Source: Octopus bimaculoides (lineage: Eukaryota). From it: a stretch of DNA of 36,918 nt. The position numbers and the translations under genes were made by a program. Below, piece by piece: positions 35,852-36,918 of this stretch. How positions within the stretch are numbered: position 1 is the stretch's first letter; each line of letters begins with the position of its first letter. The notes beneath the pieces were generated by a model. It made no database searches. It was given only the letters and a program-made list of their open reading frames with translations, and was not told the origin of the DNA. The DNA is taken from assembly GCF_001194135.2 (NCBI RefSeq), contig NC_068992.1:23536585-23573502 (forward strand). The letters are read 5' to 3'.

Positions 35852-36609
35852 GGGCATCGCACTATTTCACTCACAATCATGCACTTGCTCTCTCTTCTCT
35901 CCGCAAGATATCGGCTCATATCACATGGAACAGGAGTTGGGCTCTGAGAGATTTATAAAGGGCCAGATCACAACGTAGATAGAGACATCACCCTTAAGAT
36001 CATATAACAAGTTGTAAGACTTACGATTATACCACCTCAAACAAATCAAACAAACGGAAGTTAAACATTATATGAGGGAACAGAATGAAGGACGAGTTGC
36101 TGTGCGGTTACTGTTAACATTTAACAGCTAAACATGAGAGGTAATGTAATTCCTGATAATCAAATTCAGATCACAGAAACGTTGGAAATTAGTGGATAAA
36201 ACCGAAATATATAACTCGTATATAGAAAAATAAAGTATAATCACTCAACAATGATTTGATTCTTTATCTTTATATTTATAGCTATTATATTTTAAATAAC
36301 CATTTATTTCCTGTCTTCAAAAGCCAGCAGAAAGTATAAATACTCATTTATTTTGGACGGAGACAGCTATTATTGCCAGAGAGGAGAGATAGGTTTAGTA
36401 GATAGTTAGCCGTATAAAAGTGTACATATCTTATAATCTAGTGCGTGTGTTTGTGTGTGGACATGTGTGGGTGTTTGAGTACGGGAGGTTGTGCATGTTT
36501 ATATACGTATACCTGTACACACACGCACGCACACATATTATACTAACATAAGTAACATAAGTATAATATGTGTATATACATACGTATGTATATATATATA
36601 TATATATAT

Positions 36610-36805
36610 ATGGGAGAATATACAAAAAATAACAACAGACGAGGACAGGTGGTGTAAATAACAAAAGTATATATTAGTATGACGCTCGGGAATACGGAAA
36701 GTCTTTGACGTTTCGAGCTACGCTCTTCAACAGAAAGAATACGGAGACAAGGAAAAAAACACGGAGAAAAAAAATTGAATAGTGTTCAGTCAACGGTCAA
36801 TCATG
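36610..36805 (-). mobile_element. Putative Penelope-like terminal repeat fragment between TA/TG microsatellites
   Basis: Non-coding ~190-bp segment containing a hammerhead-like motif. The family assignment is inferred from that motif. Confidence 0.5.
36702..36738 (-). ncRNA. Minimal type I hammerhead-like ribozyme motif with a CUGUUGA variant core
   Basis: Minus strand UCUUU-CUGUUGA-A-GAGC(GUA)GCUC-GAAAC-GUC-AAAGA: perfect 5-bp stem I, 4-bp stem II, GUC cleavage triplet and palindromic ACGU stem III. A6 is replaced by U. Confidence 0.6.
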
Positions 36806-36814
36806 GTCACACAC

Positions 36815-36856
<42 letters not shown>

Positions 36857-36918
36857 ATGCATATATGTAAAAATATGTAAACATATCTATACATATATGT
36901 ATATGTATGTGTATATCT

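Noticed and set aside
1-36918. CRISPR arrays, prokaryotic operons, rRNA genes or telomeric arrays
   Set aside because: No regularly spaced repeat-spacer units, no gene-dense organisation and no such motifs. The window is eukaryotic repeat-rich DNA.

Overview
AT-rich, gap-ridden eukaryotic genomic DNA. It is dense in (TA)n, (CA/TG)n, (CTAT)n, (TACA)n and (AAT)n microsatellites and in tRNA-derived SINEs. The repeat families resemble those I recall from octopus genomes, but this is an inference that needs a BLAST check. No intact protein-coding gene is supported: almost every listed ORF is an N-gap or microsatellite artefact. Supported content: three recurrent tRNA-headed SINE families; a decayed DD34E Tc1 (~19-20.2 kb); a near full-length decayed mariner with both TIRs (21.9-23.1 kb); an internally deleted Tc1/mariner-superfamily element (32.8-33.5 kb); and a mariner-type MITE (35.6-35.85 kb). 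The most interesting signal is a short non-coding element present at 9.1-9.7 kb and 28.0-28.5 kb. It joins a tRNA-like Pol III head, an (AAT)n tract and a tail carrying a minimal Penelope-type hammerhead ribozyme motif, and both loci are built as long inverted repeats. This suggests a tRNA-headed, ribozyme-carrying non-autonomous retroelement. A second, unrelated minimal hammerhead-like motif lies at 36702-36738 (-). A possible cryptic or decayed FN3-like coding segment lies at ~17.0-17.55 kb (-).
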